This document shows, in pieces, positions 33,790-45,160 of a stretch of 63,951 bases of DNA. The notes below the pieces were generated by a model. It was not told the DNA's origin. It saw only the letters and a program-made list of their open reading frames with translations, and made no database searches. How positions within the stretch are numbered: the first letter of the stretch is position 1; each line of letters starts with the position of its first letter. This DNA comes from Psammoneis japonica (taxonomy: Eukaryota), in NCBI GenBank assembly GCA_008632985.1, contig QPGO01000126.1, positions 62,050 to 126,000 on the forward strand, read 5' to 3'. The position numbers and the translations under genes are program-made.

Positions 33790-35148
33790 CTATTCTACAA
33801 GATGAAAGAGCTTCCGTAGCTCTTTCTCAGAAGCTTTTCTTTTTTTCTTACTCCATGCAATCACTTTGTCAAACGCTTGACTCAATCTAAGTGCTGATGG
33901 TCTGTTCTGGGGATCGTGCTGATAGCAGGCTTTGTAGGCAGTGATGATGGCCCTCTCTTCAATTATTGTTGTATTGGCATACTCTCCTGGCAAGAACGGA
34001 AGAACACCCTCGATTTTGTTCTGTCGCATCTGTTCTCGACATGGCTGTCCACCCGGCTCCAAATGATTCCACGGATCGTGCGTGGTCAATATCAGAAAAT
34101 AGATATGGCCCAAGGCAAAGACATCGACCTTCTCGGAAACATAAGATTCTTGCATGACTTCTTCAGGAGAACGCCACAACGGATCACTGTAGGGGAATGG
34201 ATAACCACAAGATTTCTTGGAAGTTGCATTGCGCCGAAGCATCACACCGAGATTGTAATCATTGTACTTGATAAAGCCATCCGATGTGCTGACAATGTTG
34301 GCCCTGTTGACATCATTGTGGCTAAATGTTGCTTCGGTCGTATTGCCAATGTAATGCATATCATGCATTCCAAGCGCCAAGTCTCGTGCCAAGAAAATCC
34401 CATGCTGGCGAACATTGAAACCCTCACTCTTGATCAAAATTGCCGCTGGCTGTGGAGCAAACTCGGTAACTAGGGACTGTCCACAAAAGCCATAGGAATT
34501 GATGTGGAACGGCGACGAGGTGAGTCGTTCCATTACAATCGCATCCAGAGTAGAAAACGGGTACGTTGTCTCGTTGAATTCGCGATCGAAACGTAACGTT
34601 TTCAACACCAACGTTTCATTGCCCAGACGAACTTTCCACACCAATCTCGAATAACCACCATCTGAAAGAATGCTCGCATGTGCACTGTTCGCATCAGAAG
34701 CCTCCATATCAATTTCATGGAGAGAGTTGCACGTCGAATAAGACCGTGTCTGCCACTCATCATAAAGTTCACATTCTTCGTAGAAAGGACGTTTAAAGTC
34801 TGTAACGTGGACCTCTTCAGCAATGGTACTGGTAATATTCATACCAATTGGGAGAACTGATCTGACAATATGATTTGTTGTTTTTGAAGCGAGAGCAGGG
34901 TATAGTGTTATAATTCTTGGCCTTGGGACAAATGTTTCATTTGCGTGCTGTCTCAAGTTCAACCCTTTACTCTGCATACATATTGACTGTGAAGAAGAAA
35001 TCGAAATTCGTAGGTACTCTGCAACCGACGAGTCGCCAACGAGAAATATTACTAAAGAAAGAGCTAGAATGGCCGTAGATCGTCGCCACGATCTCCATGA
35101 ACATTGGCGTTGACGAGATTCTTTGGTGGGTGCCGTTGTTTCGACCAT
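33790..35148 (-). CDS. Type II membrane protein kinase-like protein (secretory-pathway, PKDCC/VLK-like)
   Basis: N-terminal TM; GGYSRLVW, LVLKTL, HNDVNRAN, NDYN, WRSPEE, DVFALG, RPSA. Confidence 0.8.
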   Translation of the reverse strand: MVETTAPTKESRQRQCSWRSWRRSTAILALSLVIFLVGDSSVAEYLRISISSSQSICMQSKGLNLRQHANETFVPRPRIITLYPALASKTTNHIVRSVLPIGMNITSTIAEEVHVTDFKRPFYEECELYDEWQTRSYSTCNSLHEIDMEASDANSAHASILSDGGYSRLVWKVRLGNETLVLKTLRFDREFNETTYPFSTLDAIVMERLTSSPFHINSYGFCGQSLVTEFAPQPAAILIKSEGFNVRQHGIFLARDLALGMHDMHYIGNTTEATFSHNDVNRANIVSTSDGFIKYNDYNLGVMLRRNATSKKSCGYPFPYSDPLWRSPEEVMQESYVSEKVDVFALGHIYFLILTTHDPWNHLEPGGQPCREQMRQNKIEGVLPFLPGEYANTTIIEERAIITAYKACYQHDPQNRPSALRLSQAFDKVIAWSKKKRKASEKELRKLFHLVE

Positions 35149-35529
35149 GGTGAGCCTGATGCCAATGAACTCAAATTCAAAATGAGCTTTTCTAGCTATC
35201 CAGTCACCCAGCCACGCACGTTGCAACCGCTACTCAATGTTTACAGAGCGCAATTTGGAATTTTGCCGCCACTTCACACACACGACCCATCGCGGCGGGT
35301 CGGAAAATTTCAAAGGCATTATGACCATGTTTTTCTTCCAAATTGTCTAATTAAAATATTAATTTAAATACTTACATTTATCTATTTGTCTCATACCACA
35401 AGCTTCAACGGAAAGCATTTTTGTCTTACGAGCGATGTGCAGACCACCTACCGGTACGCACGCCTCGCGAGCGCGCCGTGCAAGCGACAACCCCCCAAAA
35501 AGATGGCCAAAAGACTCTACTGGCATGAT

Positions 35530-36330
35530 AGCTGGAACAGAGCAGAGACTGTGTGCGACATAGAAAAGTCTCATTCATCAGGAAATGGCAGACATGAGGG
35601 TTGGTGCAGAAAAGAGCACTCTGGCTGGTTCTTGGGGGGGGGCTGGAAAAAATCATCTGTTGTGTTCTTGTTCTTGCCCCTTTTGTCCCCTGCATCACTG
35701 CCCTCATCGAGTGAAGAAATTGACAGTGACAACTTGCTCAAACCTTGTGCAATGGCCAGATCTCTTGGGTTGAGTGCTGCTCCTAGATGGCTTGACAAGA
35801 AGATTGGTGCAAACCTGTGCTCCCATCTGCAGCTCGAGGAAAAACCCAGCTCACCAGCAGCTGAGGGGAGGGTTGGACAAAAGGAGTGAAAAAGCGTGGG
35901 GGGGGGGGGGGGGAGGCAAGGGAGTCAAAGCCTTTGTTGTGACATGTTTGGAGTGGAGAGTGAGAGCTTGTTGGATGGAAAGCTTCCCAATTTCACCAGC
36001 ACTGATGCTGCACTTTTGCTGGAGTCGACTCCTGGTGCCCAGGCTTGCTTGTTTCCAGCTCACTGTGCAAGCAAGTCGACAGTCACACAAATCTTTGACA
36101 AAGAGCTCTTTTGGTTGGACAAACTGTGTGAAGAACAAGTCAGTGACAATGTGGGCAAACAGCACAACTCTGCCCAAATTTTCAGGGAGGAAAGTCTGGT
36201 CGGGCCCAAAGTCTAAGAGTTCAAAGGTCTGGAGAAGGAGACAGTGGTGTGTGAGCTTGCCACTGCTCAATGTTGGGGATTCGAGACTAGAGAAGACGGT
36301 TTTTGTGTCTACCACAGAGTTCAGGCTTCA
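35530..36330. other. TpA/CpG-depleted island C between tandem kinase genes
   Basis: About 0.8 kb nearly lacking TA (survivors cctaga, tctaag, actaga); poly-G run at about 35898-35913. Confidence 0.8.
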
Positions 36331-36384
36331 TTCTCACAAACATCTAGTTTATGCTGTAGTTGATTTTTCACCAATCATTCTCTA

Positions 36385-37833
36385 TTATGTGTCTTCTACA
36401 AGATGAAATAGCTTGTTCAGTTCCTTTTCGGTTGGTTTCTTTTTTCGCTTTTCCCATTCAATCACCTTGTCAAAGGCTCGACTCAACTCGAGTGCCGTTG
36501 GCCGATTCTTGGGATTGAATTGAAAACACGCCTTGTAGGCTGCAATAAAGGCTCGTTTTTCAATGCGCGTCGTGTTGGCATGCTTTTCGGGCAAAAACGG
36601 CATTTGGCCTTTTGCCTTTTTTCGTTCCACCACATCCAGGGGCGGCGGTCCGCCCGGTTCCAAATGATTCCATGGTTCGTGCTTGACCAAAATATGAAAA
36701 TAGACATTTCCAAGAGAAAAGACATCGACCTTTTCGGACACATATGTTTTGTTTTGAATTTCTTCTGGTGATCTCCATCGCGGACTGGCAAAGTCCACGG
36801 GAAATCCACACGGTTTCTTACTGGTTGTGTTGGTTCTCAAAAAGACGCCAATATTAAAGTCATTGTATTTGATGTGTCCACTGGATGTTTGTACCATGTT
36901 GGCAATATTGATATCATTATGAACAAAACTCGGTGTTTTCGAAGAATTCTTCATGTAATGCAAATCATGCAAACCGAGTGCCAAATCCCGTGCCAACACG
37001 ATGCGCCGACGAATACCAAAGTCATTGTCCTTGACCAAACTCCGTGCGGTCGCCGGAGCCCATTCCGTCACGACGGATTGTCCGCAATACCCAAACGCAT
37101 GAACGGCGTGCGGCGACGAGGTGAGCCGCTCCATGGCAATCGCGTCGGCAATGGCGTGTTGATAGGATTCTTCATTGTAGTCTCTGTGAAAATGTAACAT
37201 TTTTAATGCTGCCAAGGATTCATTTTTATTCGAGTGTTGAACCGGAACTTTCCAAACCATGCGCCACGAACCGTGATCGGAAAGCAATTCAATTCTTGTA
37301 GCATTTTCTTTTGGTGCTTCTGTGGACGCCCAATCCATTTCGTGAAGGCAATTGCACGTGGGATAAAAGCGTTTTTGCCAAGCATGCATCAGTTTGCATT
37401 GATTGTAAAAGGGCCGTTGATGTTTGAGTATATATTGTTTGGGACTTTTTCGGTTGGCGGTAGCGTTGGTAATGGGAAATGTTTTCACATAAGAATATTT
37501 GTCTTGATAATATGCAGCCATGTCGAGTGTTTCATCCAATACCAAAACTCGTGGTCGTATTGTTGTACTGTTTTGTCGTATTCTTGAATCATTGTCTCCC
37601 CAAATCAAAGAGGCTGCTCGTTGTTGTTGAATCAGTGGTGGTACTTCTTGAAAAAACAATGTCGTTTGAGGAATCAGTATTCGCGAATAAATCAAGATGC
37701 AAGCAATACTAATCAAAAACAAAAAGACAATTCGTGCCATGACGACCGGAGTTTTTCGACATGATTTTGAGCTAAACTGCGGCCGTCGCCGTAGTTGTCG
37801 TTGTGGTGTTGTTGTTTGTTTGGAAATCTCCAT
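36385..37833 (-). CDS. Type II membrane protein kinase-like protein, tandem paralogue
   Basis: TM; HGSWRMVW, AALKML, HNDINIAN, NDFN, WRSPEE, DVFSLG; strongly similar to 33790-35148. Confidence 0.82.
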   Translation of the reverse strand: MEISKQTTTPQRQLRRRPQFSSKSCRKTPVVMARIVFLFLISIACILIYSRILIPQTTLFFQEVPPLIQQQRAASLIWGDNDSRIRQNSTTIRPRVLVLDETLDMAAYYQDKYSYVKTFPITNATANRKSPKQYILKHQRPFYNQCKLMHAWQKRFYPTCNCLHEMDWASTEAPKENATRIELLSDHGSWRMVWKVPVQHSNKNESLAALKMLHFHRDYNEESYQHAIADAIAMERLTSSPHAVHAFGYCGQSVVTEWAPATARSLVKDNDFGIRRRIVLARDLALGLHDLHYMKNSSKTPSFVHNDINIANMVQTSSGHIKYNDFNIGVFLRTNTTSKKPCGFPVDFASPRWRSPEEIQNKTYVSEKVDVFSLGNVYFHILVKHEPWNHLEPGGPPPLDVVERKKAKGQMPFLPEKHANTTRIEKRAFIAAYKACFQFNPKNRPTALELSRAFDKVIEWEKRKKKPTEKELNKLFHLVEDT

Positions 37834-38157
37834 GGTCAAACGAACGGCATGTTGTTTGCGTTGAATGATGCAATGTGAATGAAACGGGAATCTGAATGCG
37901 TTATCGCCAAACGGAGTCGGTGCGTTGGCATCATACTGACTTCTACATACGTTTACTCCTACTTCAGTCATGGTACTAAACGCTTAACGGTTAAATCGGT
38001 ATGTTTGATCCATTCGACTAGAAACCCGGTGGTTGAAGCAAGACGTCCTCGCGATCGCACATCTATCGCTCGCGTCGCACAACGTTGCATTTTGCCGCTT
38101 GCGTAGATTTTGTACTAGGGCCTACGCTCTACGCATGCACAACAACCCGAACGCACC

Positions 38158-38655
38158 ATGGCGTCGTCGTCGGCTGCAGCCTTTGGCCTGTTGGGTCGCA
38201 TCCCAGTACCACTCTTTGGGACTGCTCGTGTCGCTGCTAATTATGGAAAGCGATTCTCCACCCATCTTCCCGAATACGCCAAGGCGTGGTCGTTTCCACT
38301 CGCGGTCGGTGCCGTGTGGTTTGTATGGCCCGCCGTAGATGACGAATGGAAAATCAGTGTCGGACTCTTGGCCGATCCCGAAGCATCCAGTAGTCCACCG
38401 CCAGCTCCGGAACCTGTCAAGTTGGACGATGCGGCACAAAAAGCGGTAGCGGTTGCACACAAGGGACACGAATTGACGGCGGAAGAAAAAAAAGTCATGA
38501 AACAAGTCGCTGCCGGTGATTACACGGCACTGGAAACCGATTGGAACGAGTTCATGACAAAGTCAAGTAAACCAGGAGAAGATGACGATGATGATGACGA
38601 AGATGAAGACGAGGACGATGAGGATGAAGATGAAGAAGAAGAGGACGATGAGTAG
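38158..38655 (+). CDS. Small single-TM protein with acidic tail; possibly cytochrome b-c1 subunit QCR10-like
   Basis: AWSFPLAVGAVWFVWPAVDDEWK hydrophobic core; D/E tail; family call tentative. Confidence 0.5.
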   Translation: MASSSAAAFGLLGRIPVPLFGTARVAANYGKRFSTHLPEYAKAWSFPLAVGAVWFVWPAVDDEWKISVGLLADPEASSSPPPAPEPVKLDDAAQKAVAVAHKGHELTAEEKKVMKQVAAGDYTALETDWNEFMTKSSKPGEDDDDDDEDEDEDDEDEDEEEEDDE

Positions 38656-39135
38656 ACAGACTCAAACTCTCGCAGTCTAGCTGCAGTCATACATCGCTGG
38701 CATAGCGCTGATGGCTGTTGCTTCTTTCATTCTTGATGTAAGACTATGTATGATCTAGGTTTTATGATCCTCTCTGGACCATTAATTGGTAATGGTACTC
38801 ATGCTTCAATTTTCAAGTCCGTACTCTAGCTAGAGCCACTGTAGTTGTTGATGTAGCTCGCATGATAAGGTTACTTCTTCTCAAGGATTAGTCGTAGCTA
38901 GAGTAGCACATACCTCTAGTAGGAGTTCCTTACAGTTAGCGTCAGAGCCTCTCTGAACACACCTTGCTGGTAGCAGATACAGCTCTTGGGACAAGTAAGT
39001 AACTGTAGTGCATCATCAGCATGTAGCGCGGCGTCCAGAACCGTCGCGCTCTTTCGCATCATAAATCACGCATCTCGATCTCTCACAACTTGAAACTGAT
39101 AACGACACAACCACCAACTAACCGCACGTGCACCC

Positions 39136-40263
39136 ATGATACTTAATACAATGGCTTCGTCCTCCATGTCAATACAGTCCTGTACAAATTCGGTTGCTTT
39201 CCAGGCAGCCGGTCGAGCCATGGCAGAATTGGGAGTAGCTGGTTGTATCGGATCCGTGTGCGTCCAACGAGAATATCTTACAGCCGACATGGTGGCTGTC
39301 CTTTCCAAAACTTGCTTTTCCATTTTGCTTCCCATGTTTTTGGGAACCAACATTTTAAAGTCTGCCTCCAACAGCAATCCCATGGTTCCTCTCTTGGCCG
39401 TGATGCATTGTTTTGTCTTGTATGTTACTTCCAAATTCATCACGCTACCGCTGTTTGGTATGGATGCCAATTCCGATACGGGCCGGTCGACTGTCGTGTG
39501 TTGTTCGTTTGGAAATTCTGGAGTCGTCCCATTCATCTTTTTGGAAGCACTCTTTCGGAACCAACCAAACGTCTTGTCCGAGTGTGTTGCCCAAGTATCG
39601 CTCTATCTCATGGGATGGTCGCCCTTCTTTTGGTCCTTTGGACGAAACGTATTGGTAAATGATGATGATGATGATACTCCCAAGAGCGGTGGTGGCGGCA
39701 TTCAGAAATTGTTTTCACCTCCCATTGTCGGAACCATGATTGGATTGATACTGTCTCCATTTCGTAGTTTGTTCTTGGGAGAAAACGCACCGCTGGCGGT
39801 TGTCTACAATAGCTTTGCCAATTTGGGACGAGCGGCCAATCCACTTGCTCTGTTGGTCTTGACCGCCTCACTTGCCTTGGGGAAAAGCGAATCATCTAGC
39901 ACCACAACACTAGTCACCAACAAGAACAAAGAAACAATCTCATCCGAAGCAACATTTCTACAAAAGTGGGCATGCGTCTCTACAACACGATTCTTTGTGT
40001 CGCCTCTTCTCATGTGGACCCTACTCGCTTTCGTTTCACCGGACGGCGGAGTAGACAAGAATCCCTACCTATACTTTGTACTCTTGTTGCAAAGCTGCAT
40101 GCCATCCGCTCAAAACTCTGTATTGATGCTACAAGTGGCAAAAAAGAGGGACCAAGCCATTGCCATGGCTCGGTTTTTATTTTCCATTTACGCTGCAGCC
40201 ATGATACCCGTGGTACTGATTGTCACGGTACTCTTGCAATACTGCAATCTCGGGTCGTCGTGA
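39136..40263 (+). CDS. Auxin efflux carrier / PILS-like membrane transporter
   Basis: About 10 TM; CSFGNSGVVP, SPPIVG, LGRAANPLALLVL, MPSAQN motifs. Confidence 0.85.
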   Translation: MILNTMASSSMSIQSCTNSVAFQAAGRAMAELGVAGCIGSVCVQREYLTADMVAVLSKTCFSILLPMFLGTNILKSASNSNPMVPLLAVMHCFVLYVTSKFITLPLFGMDANSDTGRSTVVCCSFGNSGVVPFIFLEALFRNQPNVLSECVAQVSLYLMGWSPFFWSFGRNVLVNDDDDDTPKSGGGGIQKLFSPPIVGTMIGLILSPFRSLFLGENAPLAVVYNSFANLGRAANPLALLVLTASLALGKSESSSTTTLVTNKNKETISSEATFLQKWACVSTTRFFVSPLLMWTLLAFVSPDGGVDKNPYLYFVLLLQSCMPSAQNSVLMLQVAKKRDQAIAMARFLFSIYAAAMIPVVLIVTVLLQYCNLGSS

Positions 40264-41122
40264 GGATGGATTCAAATGACGATTCTTCATACAAAAGCTT
40301 TGCTTGCCAATGACCGCTCGGCTTGGAATTCATCTTCTGGTTCATCCTTAATTTTGACGGGTGTGTTTACAAGACCCCGGCACAGTTGCGGCTTTTGTAG
40401 AGACTGGTGGACGCCATGAGATCTAAACTTGATCCTCCACTCCTCCGTTTTCAACATTGATTTGCTGGATTAGTAGACCAACTGTCACAACCCATTGAAG
40501 TAATAAAGACAAGCGCGACGAATCACGTCCGTCCTGCCATGACCCATCAACGTCGACACCTCGCAGTCGGCACCAACAACGCTCAACATTCGTGCACATG
40601 ACGACGTTCTGTTACTTTCATTGATTCTTGTTCTTGGTGTTCACTTTGCTTTTGCACGGAGTTCTTGACGGAGCTAGCTAGACTCTATTTTATGACGCCC
40701 GAATTTCATTTCGGTCTGGGCGCACCCCACGTTTTGGGTGGTGTCGACCTACCTTATTTGTACCTTTTTTGGCCATTACTACGACATTTTTTTTTTACTT
40801 TTGTGATTTCAGGAGTACTTCAATCGGTTTAGAGTCATCAAAGTTTCACGCGGTGAAGTGCTTTCTTCTCAGGAGCACCAAAGTTTCACTTTTGGCAGTG
40901 GACGGCAGCCCTGCTATACAAACTCGTCAAACGAAGCCTGCGGAAGATTTTTGCGAGATGCAAGCACTGCTGGAGGAGGAGGATCGGCTCTGCTTCGTTT
41001 GACACACCGGCAAGCCGAACTGTATGGACTCATTCTCGGAGACAAAGGTCATATCAAAATCATAAGCTCATTACTAATAAAGCTTTAATTCATCTTCATT
41101 AATTTGACGCTGCCCTCGCGGT

Positions 41123-41794
41123 TCAAAACGGACCATAAGATGCAGCCACTTTCTTGGGCGAGTCGCTATAATACTTTTCAATCGCTTCAACGGCTCGGAC
41201 ACTTTTGCGTACTCCCATGATGTTGGTAAAATCATCATTATCGATAGCATCCAATGGAACTCCATCATACAAACCGGAGACCAGCGCAGCCATGGAAGCA
41301 AACACAAAGATATCGGCAATCGTCATTTTATCACCCACGGCAAAACCGTTGCTTCCGTGCTTGCCGATAAAGGTTTCGATCCGCTGCAAAACTTGGTAAA
41401 CGGCTCCACCAGGAGCCACGGATGCCGCACGTGCCGCCTCCTTTTCCTCCTGTGGCAAGCCCTGTCCTTGCTTGTTGACGAGTGGTCCTGCATCCTCCAC
41501 CGCGTCCATTAAACTATCCACCAGGGCGGCTTGGACAAGGTCCGTGGGGTAAAGACCCGTTTCTTTTCCAATCATCCTCAAGATGGCACGCTGCTGGGCG
41601 ATTTCCACGCCATTTGTCAAGGTCAATATGGGTAGAGATCCCCATGGTGTTTCGGGCTTTAATGTTTTCCAGTCGCCAAACTGCACGCGATGGTCGACAA
41701 AGGCAACACCGCCCAGCGTCAGCGCCAACCGCAAGGCCTCGCCGCGGCCTGCGATATCAAAATAGGTGAGTTTGCAATTGTTCAAAAGACTCAT
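41123..41794 (-). CDS. GST: Glutathione S-transferase (sigma-like)
   Basis: KLTYFDIAGRGEALRL...FVDHRV...TPWGSLP...QQRAILR...GLYP...VGDKMTIAD. Confidence 0.95.
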   Translation of the reverse strand: MSLLNNCKLTYFDIAGRGEALRLALTLGGVAFVDHRVQFGDWKTLKPETPWGSLPILTLTNGVEIAQQRAILRMIGKETGLYPTDLVQAALVDSLMDAVEDAGPLVNKQGQGLPQEEKEAARAASVAPGGAVYQVLQRIETFIGKHGSNGFAVGDKMTIADIFVFASMAALVSGLYDGVPLDAIDNDDFTNIMGVRKSVRAVEAIEKYYSDSPKKVAASYGPF

Positions 41795-41899
41795 TCCGTT
41801 TGCTACCACAAGAGAAAGTAAAGATCGTCGCATATGCGCTGCGGTTTCCAACTTGCGGCATGTTTTGTGATGGCCTTTCGCGAAAGATCCGCAAGATAG

Positions 41900-43700
41900 G
41901 CCGCGTCTGTCGTCGTCGTTCGAAGAAAATCATCGAACCTCGTGACTCGTGACTCGTGACCCACACCAAAATTGTGGTCGAAACGATCGCGCGTTTCTCA
42001 AAATGGCTCTTGCGTGTGGGGTGGAAGGTTTGCAAGACCCATGGCGCAAACTTGAAAAATGCTCTTGAATGGTAAGAGGCTCAACCTGCATCAGAGGGGG
42101 AGAACAACATAAAAATAGCCTGCACTGTTCAAGTGTGTTGTGGCTTGTTGTTGTGGGTGATTCTGAAGAGACGCCGCACACAACCAATTTGCGACGGGCA
42201 GCAGTGTCTTTGCTCTCTTCCTCCAAGAAAGCAGAAAGAGAGGCAAGACCACCAGAAAGTGGTTGCCCTTTTTTCCCTTTGCCACCCTTTTGCCTTTTCC
42301 ACATGCTTTCTCTGCACTTGCTGCGATCATGACGGCGAGAAGAAATTTGGTCATCACAGTCGTCACATTCATCCAAGTGACAACAAGCCAAATGATGACA
42401 AGCCTTGCATGCTGAGGGCTGCAAGTCACTGGGGTTGCAGCATCCTTCACAATGAGCCTGGCATGAGGGCTGCAAGTTGGGATCATGGCATGGTTCATGA
42501 TGAGGCAGCCCAGCCAGGAGGAGGGCTGCGAGCCACGATGCCCCACTTCCTGATGAGCCTCGCACGGGGGCTGTGAGCCACAGAATCATTGGTGGCAATT
42601 GTTGCACATGGTGGCAGCAAACATGAGGCCAAAGGGGGGGGTGGTGGCAAAGAGGCAGTGCAAAGGACAAGACAAAAAAAACTGCACAAAAGTCAACAAC
42701 AAGCCCGCCACACTCCTCTCATGTGTCAATTCTCCAGCATGCAAGTTCATGAGATGCAACATGCACTGTTGATTGTTGTGTGGCTCTTGATGGACACCTT
42801 TGCTCATGGCACTCAGTGTCATTTCCAGCTGCCTGAACAAATGGGGTCTGGCATGATCAAAAGCTGAAAATTTGTGATGATGAGAAGAAAGGTTGGAGCT
42901 GAAGAGAGGAGATGGTGAGCAGTTGCACAGAATTGCCACATCTTTTTTTCTTTTGACATGGCAGCCCAGCACTTCTGACTGCTGCTGTGCATTGTGAGTT
43001 TTCCCCAAAGATGAAAGATGAAAATGCTGGCAAAGAGTCAAGAATCACAGCAGCTGCTGGGCATCTTGCCCTCCCCTTCTGTGTCACAGTCACATGCAGA
43101 CATGGTCATGATTGCCACGCCAAATCTCTGTCTCTCCTTTTTCATCCAAAGGAAAAAGCCGTTGTGAGTTGTGAGTCGCGCAGCGCTTGTTTTGAGAAAG
43201 AAAAATGTGAGGCATGAAAAATTGAAGAGGTTGTGAGAGGAGTCTACACAGTTTCTCACAATGTGATTTTCCTGCAGCGGGCTGAAGAACAGACAATGTG
43301 CCGGGCCTGCGAACAATCTCCCGCCTTGCACGTGCAGCAGCTGGTGCTGAAAAGATGTTCTCTCGCGCTCTCCTCCAAGCGTCCAGACTGTGACCAGTTT
43401 CTTGTGTGGCAAGCTGCCCAGCTTTGCATGACAGAGCCATTTGGGCTCATTTTTGGCACAGAGGAGTGGTGTTGGTGTCAGCTCAGACAGCCACACTGCT
43501 TGCACCATTTCAGCACATGAGGAGAAGGCTCTGCTGGCAGACGAGATGGAGCTTCGTCACTCATGCTGTTCTTCTTCTCTTTCTGGAGTGCAGATGTGCA
43601 CATGCAATGCAGGCCAGCAATGGCAGGAATGCAGCAATGTGGTTTAGGTGCAGTGTGTTGTAGAATCACCAACGGCGGTCATCATCGCCTTCGCGTGATT
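41900..43700. other. TpA/CpG-depleted island D
   Basis: TA nearly absent over about 1.8 kb; TG/CA excess; CG kept at both edges. Confidence 0.85.
42150..42670 (-). pseudogene. Relic of a probable Tyr/Pro-rich, KG-rich secreted or cell-wall-type protein
   Basis: LPHHEPCHDPNLQPSCQAHCEGCCNPSDLQPSACKACHHLACCHLDECDDCDD...KGGKGKKG; C/H clusters read as Tyr runs if reverted. Confidence 0.45.
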
Positions 43701-44001
43701 GGTGCGTCGTGCAGTGGTGTGAGCGCGCGTGTGCGCGTGCGGGTTAGGTGGTCGCGAATATGTTCGTCCACCGTCCGCTTGCGACTTATTTAGCCTCTTC
43801 GTTGAAGCTTTCCACAACCTTCGTAGGCTCTCGTACCATTTCTACACAAGCATTTAACCGGGATTGGAGGTCACGAATCAGAATGCTGGGGCACCCATCA
43901 TGCTCACTTTTCGGACGATTGAACGAAATAACAGCACAATCACTTCTTCTGAGTTCTGAGCAACACTCACAGCAGATAGACAGCGTTCCCTCTAGAGATA
44001 A

Positions 44002-45099
44002 ATGAATGTCCCCAACAGTCCTTTGTTACGTGCTTCACCGTCTCGAGCATCGACTCCTACTGCAGCTGCTGCTACCACGACTTGTGCTCGTGATGCCGTA
44101 GAGCTCTCGCAAGATTTCACTCCCTCGGACCATGACATTTTGTGCGGTCGTTCCAAGCAGAGTCTCAACCACGTGGGAAACCAGAAATTTCGTCAAGTCA
44201 TTTTCGATAATCTTGACAGATATGAATCCGCTATAACCAAGCTCGACAAGAGTGTTGTGGTGACGTCCATTGTCGATTCGCTCCGTTCCAAATGCAAAAA
44301 CGGCGGTGGTTTTGTACGCTACGATGCGGCAAAAGAGCGTTATGTTGAAATTGGAGAGACGCTTGCACGTGAAAAAGTCGGACATGCACTGAGGGATGCC
44401 ATTAAAACGAGAAACAAGCGTATTGAGAGAAAGCGAGCCGAAAGGAAATCCAGTATGCAGCTCAAGAGAGAAGCTTTGTTTAAATCACAGCGACTGCTGT
44501 TTCAAGAATCACTCAAATCTGCTGGAGAAACAGTCAAGGACATGGAGAGTTTGGTTCCCGAAGAAATCGAAATTTTGGAGGAGAATGATGACGACGTTCA
44601 GATAGTGGCACCGCCTGTCACGGCGGCCTTTTACAATGTGCACGATGGGTCCAAAGAAATACTCGAAACACCACATGTGGCACGACAGGTGACTACCGAC
44701 AATGTCAATGATATCATTAGTCCCATCGATCTTACGGGTGATACTCCCACAGTAAGTAACAAGCGTGTCAGTAAGAAACGCAAAGCCATGGGAGACGGTG
44801 GATACTATGACATTACTCCGACACCCACGCCCCAGCGTCAAGTCACGTTGGACAACAACGATTTGCTCCAAGACGACGACGATTTGATTATACCAAATTG
44901 CAAGCTCATGCCACTGGAACTCATGCCAGAACCAACGCCCGTGGTTGGGCCAGGAATTATCAAGCCAGGTATCATCACACCGCGAAAAGAGATTCCCTCA
45001 CACAAATCCATCCAGTTTAGTCTTTACGACGTTGGTTTGGATGCTCTCGATTCTTATGTCGTACAACGGATTTCGACATTGAAAAATGCAGATGTATAG
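44002..45099 (+). CDS. DUF6824 domain protein (diatom-expanded family)
   Basis: DILCGR...NHVGNQKFR...YE.A..K..KS.VV..IV...GGGFV...AREKVGHALRD. Confidence 0.88.
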   Translation: MNVPNSPLLRASPSRASTPTAAAATTTCARDAVELSQDFTPSDHDILCGRSKQSLNHVGNQKFRQVIFDNLDRYESAITKLDKSVVVTSIVDSLRSKCKNGGGFVRYDAAKERYVEIGETLAREKVGHALRDAIKTRNKRIERKRAERKSSMQLKREALFKSQRLLFQESLKSAGETVKDMESLVPEEIEILEENDDDVQIVAPPVTAAFYNVHDGSKEILETPHVARQVTTDNVNDIISPIDLTGDTPTVSNKRVSKKRKAMGDGGYYDITPTPTPQRQVTLDNNDLLQDDDDLIIPNCKLMPLELMPEPTPVVGPGIIKPGIITPRKEIPSHKSIQFSLYDVGLDALDSYVVQRISTLKNADV

Positions 45100-45160
45100 C
45101 GTATAATATATCCATGTTGCGTGTAATTGCTTTGTTTGTGACCTCCCTGTATTCTTTACT

